Shown here: positions 25,901 to 40,067 of the stretch, piece after piece
Numbering within the stretch: the stretch's first letter is position 1
Layout: every line of letters begins with the position of its first letter
Assembly: GCA_964016885.1 (NCBI GenBank)
Contig: OZ024742.1
Location: 83,638,001 to 83,702,000, forward strand
DNA length: 64,000 bases
Origin: Eledone cirrhosa
Taxonomy: Eukaryota
Direction: 5' to 3'
Notes under the pieces: model-generated
What the model was told of the DNA's origin: nothing
Seen by the model: the letters and a program-made list of their open reading frames with translations, nothing else
The model's database searches: none
Made by a program: the position numbers and the translations under genes

Positions 25901-27030
25901 ATGCTCTCTCCCTCTTGAAAGTGGATGAATGGTCACACCTCCCCACCACCGATCATTGAAACCAATTACTCAATGCTAACGTAAGGCACCGACTCCACCG
26001 TGTTGATTGGTGATGTAGACATCTACCAGCCCTTGATCGTCTTGGCATACCCTCGACAACAGACACCCAACTACCCCATAAGAAGCCGCCGTGGGAATTA
26101 CCACCACCAATCCCTGCTACCTTTACCCCGGTGAGCAAATCAATGCCAGTAGCACTACAACTTAAACCGGCACTGGATCATCTATCGACACTCCCCCGGT
26201 CGACATTTGCGTATGTACAGATGGATTAACATGCGACGGTACAACCAATTGCGGTGCCGGTCTCGTAATCATCCAAAATGAAGAGGTAGCTCACAAGTGG
26301 CACGCTCCGACGGGCGCTCGTAGCAGTTCCTTTCATTCCGAAAGAATTGCATTCAAACAAGCCCTCCTATGGTTACAGGCAGACACCAGCTGGGAGTCCT
26401 CCAAAGTCATCTGTGACTGCAAGTCACTGGTTCAAGGAGTCAACAACTCCTTCCCCCATGACCCTTTCATTACGGAGCTGCAAGGGCTCGCTAACAAAAT
26501 CACAAAGCAGCTGTCTGGGTCCCAGAGCACTGCAACATCAAAGGGAATGAACTGGCGGACGCCCAGACGAAACAAGGCTCAACATCTACTCAACTGGAAA
26601 GTTCAATCGATGCCGCCACCCGACGCGCCGTCATTCACCGGGAATTTCGCCCACCACCGATCCAGCATCAACGTCTACAATCAGTCTTTAGACGCCACCC
26701 AAATGAAGGGAGTGAGCAAACTCTCTCCAAAGCAGATAGATACCATTCCGTCTGCTTCCGCAGTGGACATCACACATCATTAAGGACATGGCTCCATATG
26801 ATCGGCCAAGCGGAAATCAACACATGCAATCTGTGCGGACAGGAGGAAGAATCCTCCGAACATCTTTGGATGAGATGTCCGGCCTTGATGGTGGATTGTT
26901 ATCACCACCAACTAGGCTCCAGCATGGATGAACTCGTGCGTCTCCTACACGCCAGTCTAGCGCTACTGAGGGTAATCCTCAGGCGCCTGTGGTAAGAAAA
27001 AAAAACTACTACAACAATAACAACAACAAT
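22951..27030. mobile_element. Ingi/I-group LINE (PHD-EN-RT-RNase H-ZF), decayed, with its 5' half inverted
   Basis: Minus strand 22951-~25400: PHD-like CPTC...C..FHLKC, LQWNAD, IQET, GDLN, SDH, KAAGLD, KGSVLSP, YADD. Plus strand ~25425-26995: RT thumb, RNase H-like segment (WVPEHCNIKGNELAD), CNLC..H..C, then an (AAC)-rich tail. Confidence 0.82.
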
Positions 27031-27041
27031 GACAAGATATA

Positions 27042-27190
27042 CAGTGGACCGTCGGTTTACGAACGCCTCTTATCACGAGGAAATCGGTTCACGATCCATT
27101 TCTCCAAACATAAAACACCTCGGATGACGAACAGTGTCTCCAATAACGAACACGCAAGCGGTCAACAACGGATAGGAGCTAGTGGATGTC
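27042..27190 (+). mobile_element. Left end of a Tc1/pogo (Tigger-like) DNA transposon
   Basis: TA followed by CAGTGGACCGTCGGTTTACGAAC and repeated ACGA sub-terminal motifs; no partner TIR found. Confidence 0.45.
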
Positions 27191-27239
27191 GGTGGAGGTG
27201 AGCCCGAAGCACTGTAAGTTGGTGGACAACTCATTCTTT

Positions 27240-28915
27240 CAGAATGTCGACGACCGGGAATGCTGGAACTGAAGTGTATAAAGCGACCACATCAAGGCTG
27301 AAGGCATACCTGTCGTTCTTTCGGGCGTCAGGTTCCATTTGGTGTAGTAGCTCTATAACGTCATCAGAACAGTTGGCGTGTTCCGATCAGGTGGCCAGTA
27401 GAGGTTTAAGGATCTTGGACAGGAATCGTGAAATCTTATAAAGAGGTTCTTCCACGCTGGATACAATGGATATGATTTTCAGGTCAGGTCCTTGTTTGTG
27501 AGGTTTGACGAGATGGTAGAAAGTGAGTAGCCTACTGTTCCCCGTTAGAAGGTTGTCTCTTCGGGAGTTCCCGCCGGTCACAGTTGTTCCAGCACTCCCG
27601 GCCGTCGACATACTGTCGAAAAGAGTCCAGTCCACCAACTTGCACTACTTCTGGCTCACCACCAGCGACATCCACCAGCTCCTATCCGTTGTCATCGACA
27701 ACACGTACTTCAACTTTCTCGGCCACACATGCCGACAGACCTTGGGACTGACCATGGGATCAAGCCTATCGGGTGAGCTGGCAATATCGTTCATGGACCA
27801 ACTGGAACGCAAAGCGCTCAACACCTGCCTCCCCCACGCTGCTTTCTTCACAAGTTACGTTGATGATATCCTCATGCTCACGTCTTCCCCAGAGACAGCT
27901 AATGGGATATGTGAGACGTTCAATAATACGGATGAGAATATCGATTCAGCATGGAACGCACTCACCCTCCTAGACTTCTGACTAAACATAACGGAACACG
28001 GAGAAGTCAACACAGACTTCTACCGCAAGGTGGCCTCCAAGAACCTGTTCGTACACTTCAAATCTGCCTTTCCTTATAGCGCTTAAAGAAGATATATAAC
28101 CATCAAGGGTACGTGGATAAGAAATAGATGCAATGATCCCGTGAGTGGTGTCACCCACACCAAGCAGTTCCACGGGATGTTGGAGGTCAACGGCTATCCA
28201 GCATCTTTCACAAACGGAATAAGGAATAACAGACACAGGGGCGGAGAAAATTGACTGACAAGTACTTCCTCAATATCCGACACGTGGGCAAAAGAACCTC
28301 CAGCGCTATCAAGGCCATACGTAGGGAGGGTTTGGACATCCAATTGGCCCTCTCCTCCGGACCCTCCCTACTGAGATGCCTCTCCAAGAAACAACACAGG
28401 AATTGACCCACAGAATGTGGCTTGCACACCTACGTGGTTTATAAGATTGCATGTGACAAGTGCAAAGATTATTACATTGGCAGCACTAGGGCGGTGAATT
28501 GGCAGTATCGGTAGAGGGTCGGACGCCATGCTTTGACGCATAGAGTTACGGCCCTTGCCATTCTGAGTTCAAATCCCGCCGAGGTTAACTTTGCCTTTCA
28601 TCCTTACGGGGTCGATAAAATAAAGTACCAGTAATGTACTGGGTAATTGCTGGCCTTGTGCCAATAGTAGAAACAATTATTACATTGGCAGCACTATTCG
28701 ACCGCTGCACATACGAATCAAGGTGTACGTCAGCATTAGAGCCTTGTCCTTTCGGAAACATCACTAAATGTGGAAACAAGGATGGAAGACTCACAGTGCT
28801 AGTAAGAGAACGCAACACTGGAACTCTATGGATCAAGGAAGCACTTTGGATAGAACGACTAAGACCGCCAATCAACAACAGAACCGAAAGGAGCGAAACG
28901 CAGTGCCTGATCTAA
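27240..28915. mobile_element. Decayed Penelope-like element (RT + GIY-YIG), 5' part inverted
   Basis: Minus 27240-~27600: FYHLVKPHK...ISRFLSKILKPL. Plus strand: GLTMGSSLS, YVDDI, VVYKIACDKCKDYYIGST, IKEALWI..RPPIN. Confidence 0.78.
28489..28675 (+). mobile_element. tRNA-derived SINE
   Basis: A-box-like TGGCAGTATCGG, B-box GAGTTCAAATCC; 21-bp TSD attattacattggcagcacta (28468-28488 / 28676-28696). Confidence 0.9.
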
Positions 28916-29129
28916 CCCGCACGACGACACACACACAACAGACGAGCGGATGAATGTTATTGTACATTTGCAGTAGCTAGGTGAAGGAAATGACACTGGA
29001 GCTGAAACCTTAACATCAAACTTTTAAAAAGTGCTGATTGAATCAGCGAGTGATATCTTTGTGATGTCATGCTAAAGGAGCAGCTTTGCGTCACTTATGA
29101 CATGCTAGAACTATGTGACACACAAAAAG

Positions 29130-29540
29130 AAAGAGCTAGAGAAGCTGAAGCCCAAACAGAGATGGCAAGAATAATGTAGAAATGTCAATAAAAAAATCAG
29201 AAGAGTAATGAAAAGAGAGATTGAAGAGGGATTGAAGCACAGTGCATCGAAATCGAGGAAATCCTGAGCAGAAACAACATAAAAGGGAATTTGAGCTTAT
29301 AAAGACCTTGAAATAACGACAGTCATACTTGAACAGTATTTAATCTATTGTATTATCAGTCATGTCCAAAAAGCTATGCTTCAAGTGACTTTGAACCGAT
29401 TGAACTCACAATCGGAAAAAGGGTATCAGAGAGGAACAAGTTGGATTTCGCAAAGAAAGAAACACAGCAGAACTGATACTCAATCTCCAGGTACTGTGTG
29501 AGAAATACAGTGAAACATAGAGATGATACACCATGTTAAA
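29130..29540 (+). mobile_element. Decayed RTE-BovB-like RT fragment
   Basis: EEQVGFRKERNTAELILNLQVLCEKY translated at ~29430-29515. Confidence 0.6.
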
Positions 29541-31613
29541 CGATTTGATGAAAAGTGTTCTCATTATTGTTAGAGTTATACCATAATAGCGTAAGATATC
29601 AAAAAATATAGAAATATGTAAAAGGAATGAAATATTTTTACTTTTTTAAAAATTAATATTCGTTTTAGAAAAATTATCAATTAACCTTAATTTGGTCGAA
29701 GAGTGGCTGCAGTAAATAGAAGGCAGCAAACATAAGACATGGTTGACATTGAACAGGGGGTATTCAATTCCAGTAGAGAAAATGATCCCGATATATGTAT
29801 GTATAAATGTAGAGGTGTGCATGCACTCATATACTCAAGACACACACATACGTATCAACGCACATGTATAATTATATAGAGAGGGGTGTGAAAGTGTATG
29901 AGAGAGGCGCAATGAGTGAGATAAACTGAGTGACAGAAAGGAAGAAACAGTTTAAGTGCTGTAAACATTTCACAGAACTTTCCAAAATGTCAGTATTTAG
30001 TTGTATATTTAGTCAAAAAATGTCAACGTTCAAATAAACTGTTCCTAGCTGCAAGTGAATGGTTCTTGGTGGATATTATCATTGCCGTATCACTGAACAA
30101 TCAGGAATTATTTAATAAGCTTACAGTGCCAAAGGATGAGATAAGAAAAACAAGCCATGAATTTCGAATGCAACCTCTCCAACTCACTTAGATCGCTGAA
30201 ATCAATATGGTAGGTATTCAGTGTAAACAATACTAGAGAAAACTTTATAAGCAAGGATTATCAAATTATAACGTTTAATTTATCTTCCATTGCTTTCTCT
30301 ATATATGAAAAGCAATGAATTTCGCATAGCCTCCATGTCTGCTATGTACATTAGCAAAGTGTATTTGGGTATATTCAGGTCGGAAAGCTGATCCGAATGC
30401 TTCATATAATATAGACTCGACTAAAGGCAACCAAGGGACGTGTTACGGTAGTGCTATCCTTGGTGATATAATGGGTGCAGCAAGTGATATTGCATGAAAT
30501 GATGTATGCAATGTGCATGTTTAGAGGATCACTGGCAGCTGTAGTTACGATAGAAATAACAAAAACATAAAAGAAACAATACGTCCGTATATAGTTGATT
30601 ATAGTCAGTTGGTAATTATATTTGAACTTGGCGAAAGATTTAATACACCAAGCTAACTTGACCCAGACATTTTATATAAACACAAAGTTGTGTATATCTA
30701 CTCAACTCTCTGAAGGGAAATACTTGTCTACAGTAATAACAAGGAAAATGTAATTAGATTTATTTTCCATTTATATCATTTAATTTACTCTTTTTAAAAC
30801 AATTTCTTCGTGAAAGCAAACATCAACTTTCAGTGGTAAAATATTTGTATATAAGTATTTCACTTACTCTCTCTATATCTTTATGTATCTCCATCCCACC
30901 TGTCTCTCTCTAATTATTTGAAATCTTTATATACGAATTGGCTGGATTTAAACGAAAAAACAAAATTCCGTCATTGAAACGTAGATAACAACAGTTCAAC
31001 AGTTATAAATGTGTATTTTTGTATGTATTTTTGAATATGTGCATACATATATAGATGTATATATCAATGTATGCATATATATGTGAGTAGACATTATGTG
31101 TAAATGTGTTTATGGATATGTACATATATATGTATGTGTGTGTGTCTTTATATGTATTTATGTTTGTGTGTTTGTATGTATGTGTATGTGTATGTGTTTG
31201 TATGTATGTGTATGTGTGTGTTTAAATGTATGTATATTCGATGAATGTGTTCATATATATACATGTTTGTATCGAGAGAAAATAAAAATTCCGACATTGG
31301 AAATAATAATATTATGTAAATTCAATAAACACACAATACGAAATTTCAAACAAATCGTTTTATATTTCAGTGCTGTCTTACGTATGTTATGTATACACTA
31401 AATATATGGTTTTGGAGATATCTCTTCGCATTAACTTTCTGCTACATCTAGTAAACCTCTACTCTCAAAATTAAGTTAGAATTGAGCTAAAACTTATTTT
31501 CCAGGGATAATTAATTAATTGTTTTATTTATTGGAACGTGAAACAATCAGACAGAGACTGTAAAGACTCTGACGCACTACATACATATATACATACACAC
31601 AAACACACACACA

Positions 31614-31670
<57 letters not shown>

Positions 31671-31885
31671 TTAACGAGAATCGCATTTCGGCGGGTAGAA
31701 ATAATTAGCGAAACGCAACTTCAATATTGTGCCCACAAGCACTCGATGCATATGAAGAGGATAGCAGAGCTATAAACATAAGTTAAAATGGTCATACACG
31801 CTGAGACGATGGTTAAGAAGCCATAGCCACCATAGCCAAAAAAGCGAACAAGCTAAACGGGTCAAACAAAATGAGATATGATTGA

Positions 31886-31921
<36 letters not shown>

Positions 31922-32575
31922 CATATATACAGAGCACGAGAGAAAGAGAAGGATTGTTTCGTGCGTGAGGGCGCGCGTTTGTGCATGTGTGAATGGTAAA
32001 CAGTGTTTACTTTGTCCCTAAAGGTTTGCAACATGAAGTGAAAACTGGAGAAAATAACATTGTCTTGTCTTTCCTTGATCTTCTTTGCGTGGAGATTTTA
32101 GAAACTATTTTAGCAGGTGGAACAGTAACGGCTTGTCTACAAAAAAAGATTCTTGCCGATTTTTAGACGCAGGTAAGTCTGCATTAAGAACACTTCTGAT
32201 AAAGGGTATTAGGAAGTGTGTATCTATACCTGCATTATAAACCATGTTATTCACTTTAGAATTCTATGTAATTTTCGAAATATATTGCTGTAATTATAGC
32301 AGATCATGCGGTTACCTTGTGGCTCCGTCTTTGTCTCATCCAAAGAACATATTTTGTTTCTCTGCTTATGAAATTATATATCCGGGAAGAAATGTTTTTA
32401 CGTCTGCAAATGAAACCCAGTAATTATTGCACATATTAGATTAAAATTCACATTCTATACATTCTATGGTAATATTTTTATTGTTTTTGTAGACAATATA
32501 AATAAATTGAAATTAGATTAAACTGAATATTCTCTGCATTACCTATTTCAAAACTTTTATCAGGCAGGAAAAACA

Positions 32576-32743
32576 CGAGGGCCGGCTGACTATGACAGAG
32601 TGAAATCTTGCATGCATTGATTTCAATTTTTCTTATTAATAACTACATTGTTTCTTTCCAGGGACTATGTTGAAAAATAAATCCCATTTGGTCATTCCAT
32701 GAGAGTATCTTTGTCAGCCTATGAACTTTTCAACCGAACCTCG
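32576..32743. mobile_element. Mariner-type MITE (~170-190 bp family)
   Basis: TIR-like ends cgagggccggctga / cctatgaacttttcaaccgaacctcg-TA; internal sequence shared with copies at 48556, 48903 and 55793. Confidence 0.7.
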
Positions 32744-33989
32744 TATAAAACACACCATCTTCTATCAGGAATATTCTGAGTAATATATCTCTTTGAAAGA
32801 ATTCAAGCTTCAGGTCCACGTGTACTCGACTTCTTATAAATATTTTACAATTTGCAAAATTTAAGGTGTCATCCTGGTGACATTTTCACTCTAGGCACGG
32901 ATATTAATGAGCTATCATCAAAGATGTTTAGTTTCCCTCGTAAAATAAATCTTATTCTTAACAGCACACAGTGTGACTAAAATATCTACCCTGTAAAGAC
33001 TTCTATATTAGAACAATATCTCTTATCGTTGTAAGTAGAAAGAACATGGTATAAATCACTTGTAGTACCTTGGCCGCTATTCCTTATAGATAAAGCGACG
33101 TCTTAAAGGCAAGCTAATTTCCAATAATGCTTTTTCTCGAAAATAACTTATACGAAAACAATGTTGTCATTGTTATTCCAAGAGCCCAATATATTGCAGA
33201 ACATCCACTCATAATTGGATTTTCTATGTGTCGGTTGAAATAATCTTTACCAGATTGATTACGAAATAGTTACTTGCCTTGTTATTGGCTACTTTCTGTA
33301 TAGTATGCAAAAATAATTTTACCAGTTTTAGCGCATGCTAAGCAACATTGAGATCTCATTTTGGGTTGTTTGTGCATTTCGCACAGTAATCAATTACGGA
33401 TGACAGGCGGAGGTGGATTAATCATGCTGGAAAACAGATTGGCTCAGAAACCATCAGAAGTAAATGAAAGGACAAAGGGAATAATCATAAAAACAGAAAA
33501 GATAATGACTAGAAAATTCGAAAATATTATTCAATATTTGCAGTAAATTGTATGTCGATGAATATATGCTACGAAGAAGAGAATTATCAGGTCATCCCAT
33601 AAGTAATGTCGTTTGGGGTAGTAGATTTTGCAGAGAAAAAACACAAGTTACGTACAAATTCAATCAAGTATATATTCCCCATCTAAATCAATAAGATTCT
33701 TCCAACACTGTAAAATATTTCTTATAACATTTCAATAGAAATCAGATGGTTTTAAGGAGAAAAGTCGTATTGGTCTATTCCAAATGCCTCTAAGGAATTG
33801 TACTCTTTTCCATTAATAAAATGTTGCAAACTTCGAAATAAATGATCATCTGAAGGAGCAAGTTCATGAGAATATGGGGAATGTGGAAGTGTACTGGCAA
33901 AGCATTCGGCGATAACATCTGGGTAAAGTTTGTGCGTGATAATTGTGCCAAGGCTACTTTCAAGAAGGTGAAGTTGATAAACTCAAATT

Positions 33990-34300
33990 CAGTTTAATTT
34001 GATATTGAAACAGTTATATAATAACCTGAGCAAGAAAACTTATGAATACCTAGGTATAAATGAAGGCTTCGGAATTCAGAATGCAAGTCTAAAAGAGAAT
34101 ATAAGAAAGGAATATTTTAGAATAGTTCGAGCAGTTCTTGAATCTGAGCTAAATGCACATTACAAGGTGTTAGCCATATATTTCTCAGCAGTTTTGGTTG
34201 TTAGTTATAGCTTCAATGTGTTGAAATAGAATATCAGTGACATAAAAAGAATTGACACAAACAGTCATCGGTTGTTGACTTGTAATACGATGCCCGATTT
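33990..34300 (+). mobile_element. Dong/R4-clade LINE fragment
   Basis: YEYLGI...IRKEYFRIVRAVLESELNAHYKVLAI...YSF resembles the R4/Dong RT thumb. Confidence 0.6.
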
Positions 34301-34509
34301 TCTTAAAAAAAGACTTGATTAAAGAACCAAAGAAAAAATAAAATGTTGGACGAGAAGCAGATATCGGACTAAAGTGAGTTTTTACCTTTTTAGTGAACTC
34401 AATAAAAATGTTAAGCTTCTCCATTAAATGTGAAGATGAATAGCACTGATTATATATCTGACAAAAGTTATGTTAATGAGTTATGAATTATTTTAAGAAA
34501 TAAGAGAAA

Positions 34510-35880
34510 CTTCTTGTGCATGACGAAATAGATCCTGATGATTCGCAAATTTCAGATAGTATCATCGACATTGCGTTTTATGATCTCGTGCTCATTTTAA
34601 TTCGAAAATTCACTGTGAATTATAAATTTCAACATACGATTTTTGTCAAGAAATGTTAATGACTTGAAAATACTGTTATCGGCTTTCCCTTTTAAATTTT
34701 CTGTTATTTGCCTTCATAGAACTTTAACAAAAGACAAAAACGCAGAGAATTTAGATTCAAAATATGAAATATGTGGTTATAAATGTTTCCATGTACCTCG
34801 AAGATACAATATGAGAGGATGGGTTCTCTGTATTTATTTAATGAATTATGCTATGAAAAGGAAGAACTACAAATTAGTAATGAAGACCAACAGGCTCAAT
34901 TTACTAAAGTAGTAAGACCCCAAAAGAAACATATTTTTCTTGGACACCACCAAAAGGGAAAATGAAAGCTTTTAACCAAAATATAACTAAGTTCATCACT
35001 TCTATTAAGTAGAAGTCAATATTTATTTCTTGTGATATTAATCTTAACGTATTTGCATACGAAACGGATCCAAAGTTTAGAAACCTTTTCCAAAAAAAAC
35101 ATCAAAGATATCTATGCCTTCCTTCACTAATAGCACTCGTGTAACAACAACAAAAACTACTTGCATTGACAATATATTCTTTAATTTAAGTTATAGTCAG
35201 GTGGTTAAATCTGTTGTCGTACGTGCAAAATTATCCAATCATCTTAATAAGGAATATTCAGTGCAGCCCTAAAAGATCAATCGAAGATAGTAATTGTTAA
35301 AAAGAGAATATTCACACAGGAAAATTTTAATATTTTCAACAAGCTCAGAGAATGTATTTGGACATCTGTTATCAACCCAAATGACTCAAATAGATCTTAT
35401 GAAATCTTTTTTTAGCTAATTTCTTTGTAAAGAATATTTTCCTATAAATGAAAAATTAGTGAAAGAAACATTTTATTTTGAATAAATGGGTGACTGCAGC
35501 AATTTTGAAATACATAAAAATAAATCTCCCGAGATTCAGGAAACGTGCAAAATATATGCTACGATTTTTAATACATTAAAAGAGAAATGTCAAATCTTTT
35601 ATTTGCGAACCAAATTGAAAAACAAAATTAAAAGTTAAATAAATGTAGTCAATCATGAAAATAATAATCTCTAAATACAAGCCAGTTAAAAATTATCCGA
35701 ACGGCATATCAATAAATGGCGAAAAGGTCTACAAGAACTTGATTCAACAAATTCGTAACTAATGTTAGTCCAAATTTCGCGTCAAAAGCAGTTAAAAACT
35801 TTCTTGAAACTAGATTCAAAATTAATCCACTCACGGATGAGGAATTGAAGAACGCTCCCAATCGTCTGAAGACGAAAAAG
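34510..35880 (+). mobile_element. Highly decayed CR1/L2-like LINE (endonuclease region)
   Basis: Remnants FSVICL, CDINLN, TRVTTTKTTCIDNIF and LSNH of APE motifs, with many stops. Confidence 0.55.
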
Positions 35881-35939
35881 CACTTGAAAATCTTCTTCTT
35901 CTTCTTCTTCTTCTTCTTCTTCTTCTTCTTCTTCTTCTC

Positions 35940-36545
35940 TCTGATATCCTCATTTTGGCCTCTTGTATTCGTGATCGTATTCTTTCGGTCATTCCCCAAG
36001 ATTCGTGACCACAGGAATACCGAATTTTAAATAGTTAGTTTGGCTTTTTTACCTACTTACCTTCTGATTACCAAATGCTGGATCTGGCGCGTTATTGCCC
36101 CAGCACCTGCAATTCTAGCACTTAATTAAGCTTCCTGCCTTCCATCACTCGTGAACACTTGAACTTCTCCACCTGCTTCATTGGAACTCAATTTACATGT
36201 AGAGTGCACTGCACAGGCTTTTTAGAGAGACGAGTGTCTCAGTTTTCGCAGCACTGATTTTCATTCCACCCATATATCACTCAGTATCAAACCTATCAAT
36301 CGCATGTCGGAGTTCACCTTCTATCGAATTAAATAACCCCATGTCGTCTGCAATTTCCAGTCGACCGATTTTAGACCTGCCAGTCGGGATACCATTTCCA
36401 ACCCGGTTGCGCATGTAAATCCTTTTCATGAAAATAATGAATAAGAGAGTTAACAGTACGCATCCTTGGCGGAAAAATTTTACATTTTTAAAAGTTTTGA
36501 GTAAAATTTCCGTCTAAGCTTCGGATGCGGATTCCAGATAAAGTG
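35940..36545 (-). mobile_element. RTE-clade RT fragment
   Basis: Minus strand RQGC..LLFIIFM, ADD, QVEKFKC. Confidence 0.6.
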
Positions 36546-36559
36546 ATGGAAAACAATCT

Positions 36560-37745
36560 AAGAGAGCACGTCAACCTTTGCACCTCTCTTCGTCAATAAA
36601 GCCACAATCAGGTATTTGGTGGCCCACGACGGGCGCATGGTACTCAATCAGAGACTAACTTTTGAAACTCTTTGCTCAAATCTTCGGGAGCAGTAGTGGA
36701 CCGGACCGCGGGATGGACTTCAATGTGCACACCGATGTTGCGCAATGGCTCTCGATGACAGAGGCAGGATGTTGCCAAAAGTCGATAGCAGCCGATGAAA
36801 CATGGGAGGCAATAACTAACTGCATGAGATATAAATCGTTTGGTTTAGATTGTGAGCACAACGAGCTTTACACTTCCGTGCCTGACTTGTTCGACATCTT
36901 GGCAGACGTCTACCGCATCTGGTCGCAGAACGGGAGAATTGCGTGAGTCGAGGAATAATAGTGATGCAAGGGAGTGTTATATTGATAATCTGAGGCCCAT
37001 AACTCTGCTAAATGCAAAGATTAGAATTTTGGCTAACGAGGTTGGTGCTTGTCGTTGATCGTCTAGTAGGGAAGGTGCAAACATTTGACATTCATAACAG
37101 ATCACCCTAGTACAACTTCCACTTTATGTGATACATCAAAGGGACGGTAGCTAAGGAACCTGGCAGGGATAGGTCCGTGTTAAATTTAGACCAACGAAAG
37201 GATTTGATATGCTCTACCATAGGTAACTGGTCTGGTAGCACTCGTCAAGGCAGCCGGCTTCTGACTCCTTCGCTCTGTTGTCTTCTTTGGAGCATTTTCC
37301 TCAGTCAGTTAGCTATGACGAAAGACGAGGCGATAAAAAGGACAGAAGGCAAAGCCCTCATCGACATTTACAAATTCCAATGGGAACGAAAGGGGAGAGT
37401 GGAAGGGAAGTTCCGCCTCCAGTATATTTGTTAAAATGTGGGTGAATGTAGTGAGGACACTCCGAATGAATGGGCCTATACTAAGCACCTTCATATGGGG
37501 CCCTTGAAAATCTGGGTGATTTCAAATCTGTGGGATTCCTAAATAAACCCTGAGTGATCCCCGTCATCATCCTCATCATTTTAACCTACGTTTTCCCTGC
37601 TAGCAAGGTTTGGACGCTGTTGTTATTAATGTTGCTTGTTACCTTATATACTTTTCACTGTTTCTTCAATTTAAGTAAATCCCAATGTTCTGTATTTATT
37701 TGTATTGTCCTTTGTGTTTCCACCCTAGTGGTCAATAAAACACTT
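36560..37745 (+). mobile_element. Old, 5'-truncated and internally deleted copy of the same Tx1 family
   Basis: FAQIFGSSSGPDRGMDF, DNLRPITLLN and a 3' UTR ending gtggtcaataaaa align with copy 2; large deletion near 37260. Confidence 0.85.
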
Positions 37746-38359
37746 AGTACTATTCTGCGTTTTTATAACCTCCTCCTCTTCCTTCTTCTTCTTCTTCTTC
37801 TTCTTCTTCTTCTTCTTCTTCTTCTTCTTCTTCAATTTTCGTCGACACCAGTTCCTTCTCCACCTTCTCCACTTCTTTTTCTTCATATTATTCTGTTATA
37901 TATTTCCTCTTGTCTTTCCACTGCTTTACCTTGTTATTATCGTTGTTGTCTTTCTCCCCTTCTTCTTATTCTTCCTATTCTTCTTCTCCTTCTCCTACTT
38001 TTCTGTCGACTCCACTCCGCCTTCTCATCCTTTTCATCTTCCACCGTATATTTATTATCTTCCATTCTTCCTCATTTTTTCTTACCCTTTTCCTTATTCT
38101 AATTATTTGTTGCCATCCGCCTCTTCCACCTTTTCCTTACTATTTTCTTCTTCTTGGTATTTGTCTTCTCTGTCTTCTTTTAAAGTTTCCATTGAATTTA
38201 ACAAGAAACCGTTAAAATAATCCGGTGTCTATATAAATATTCTGAAACGTTATAAAAAGAAATTCTTTAAATATATATATATATATATATATTCAAAGAA
38301 TTTCTCATATATATATATAAGAGTTTTGACATTTCTAAACAAGAATGCATCAATTCGTA

Positions 38360-38404
<45 letters not shown>

Positions 38405-38573
38405 TATATATATATATATATATTATTTACGAATTGATGCATTCTTGTTTCGAAATTCATATTTCGTAAGTGTGCACCTGCAGACATCCGAGAAACAGTT
38501 AAACACAAACACACACACTTGCATACATATAAACACAAGCAAACACACACACACGTACACTTATAGATAGGTT

Positions 38574-38642
<69 letters not shown>

Positions 38643-38750
38643 TTATATTTACATAATTATGTGTGTGTGTATATATATATTCTTTAAAAATATTCATTTA
38701 TAAATACATATATAGTGAGTGTGTGTGTGTGTGTGTATATGTGTGTGTGC

Positions 38751-38822
<72 letters not shown>

Positions 38823-39129
38823 CTATGCATATGTGTTTGTGCAAATATATGTTGAATACGTTGTATATACTTAGGAATATATTGAAGTATACATTCATAC
38901 GGACATTCATATTCACAGATAGAATAGTATAAGCATATGTTCTTATAAGCATTTTTGTGAATTTTATCTGTGTTCGTCTATATCAGGAATTGTGTATGGT
39001 TATATGAATGCTACTGGAGATAACACCTCGAATGACAATCATTGTATAAGAATGCGACATGCAGAAGTAGAGAATGAAATGTCAATATGATATACAATAG
39101 AAGGAAAATAAAGCACACTTTCGTGCATA

Positions 39130-39166
<37 letters not shown>

Positions 39167-39193
39167 GTGTGTGTGTGTATATGTGTGTGTGTG

Positions 39194-39274
<81 letters not shown>

Positions 39275-39404
39275 ATGTGTGTGTGTATATATATATGTGT
39301 GTGTGTATATATATATATATATATAGATAGATATATATATATGTGTGTGTGTATATATATATATATGTGTGTGTATATATATATACATATATATATATAT
39401 ATGT

Positions 39405-39486
39405 ATGTGTGCGCGTGTGTGTGTACACATATATACGTTTGTATCGAAAAGAACACTGCACAAGTATAATACCAATAGATATATAA

Positions 39487-39518
<32 letters not shown>

Positions 39519-39604
39519 ATGTGTGTGTGCGCGTGTGTGTGTACACATATATACGTTTGTATCGAAAAGAACACTGCACAAGTATAATACCAATAGATAT
39601 ATAA

Positions 39605-39636
<32 letters not shown>

Positions 39637-39722
39637 ATGTGTGTGTGCGCGTGTGTGTGTACACATATATACGTTTGTATCGAAAAGAACACTGCACAAG
39701 TATAATACCAATAGATATATAA

Positions 39723-39740
<18 letters not shown>
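39405..39740. repeat. Three-copy ~118-bp tandem repeat within TA/TG microsatellite
   Basis: Core tacgtttgtatcgaaaagaacactgcacaagtataataccaatagat repeated three times. Confidence 0.9.
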
Positions 39741-39793
<53 letters not shown>

Positions 39794-40015
39794 TTTATGT
39801 GTGCGTTTGTGTGTTTGTGTGTGTGTGTGTGTGTGTTTATATATATATATAAATATATATGTGTGTGTGTGTGTGTTCTACGCTCTTTTAAGTTAATATA
39901 TTATCTATTATATTGATTCTGTCTTTTACCACCCACCATCTACCCACGCAGTTATATACACACACATCCATACACGCACAGATTTAGAAACAAACTCATC
40001 TCTACACACACACAC

Positions 40016-40067
<52 letters not shown>

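Noticed and set aside
39405-39740. Repeat-spacer pattern resembling CRISPR
   Set aside because: Spacers are near-identical microsatellite, the context is eukaryotic and there are no cas genes
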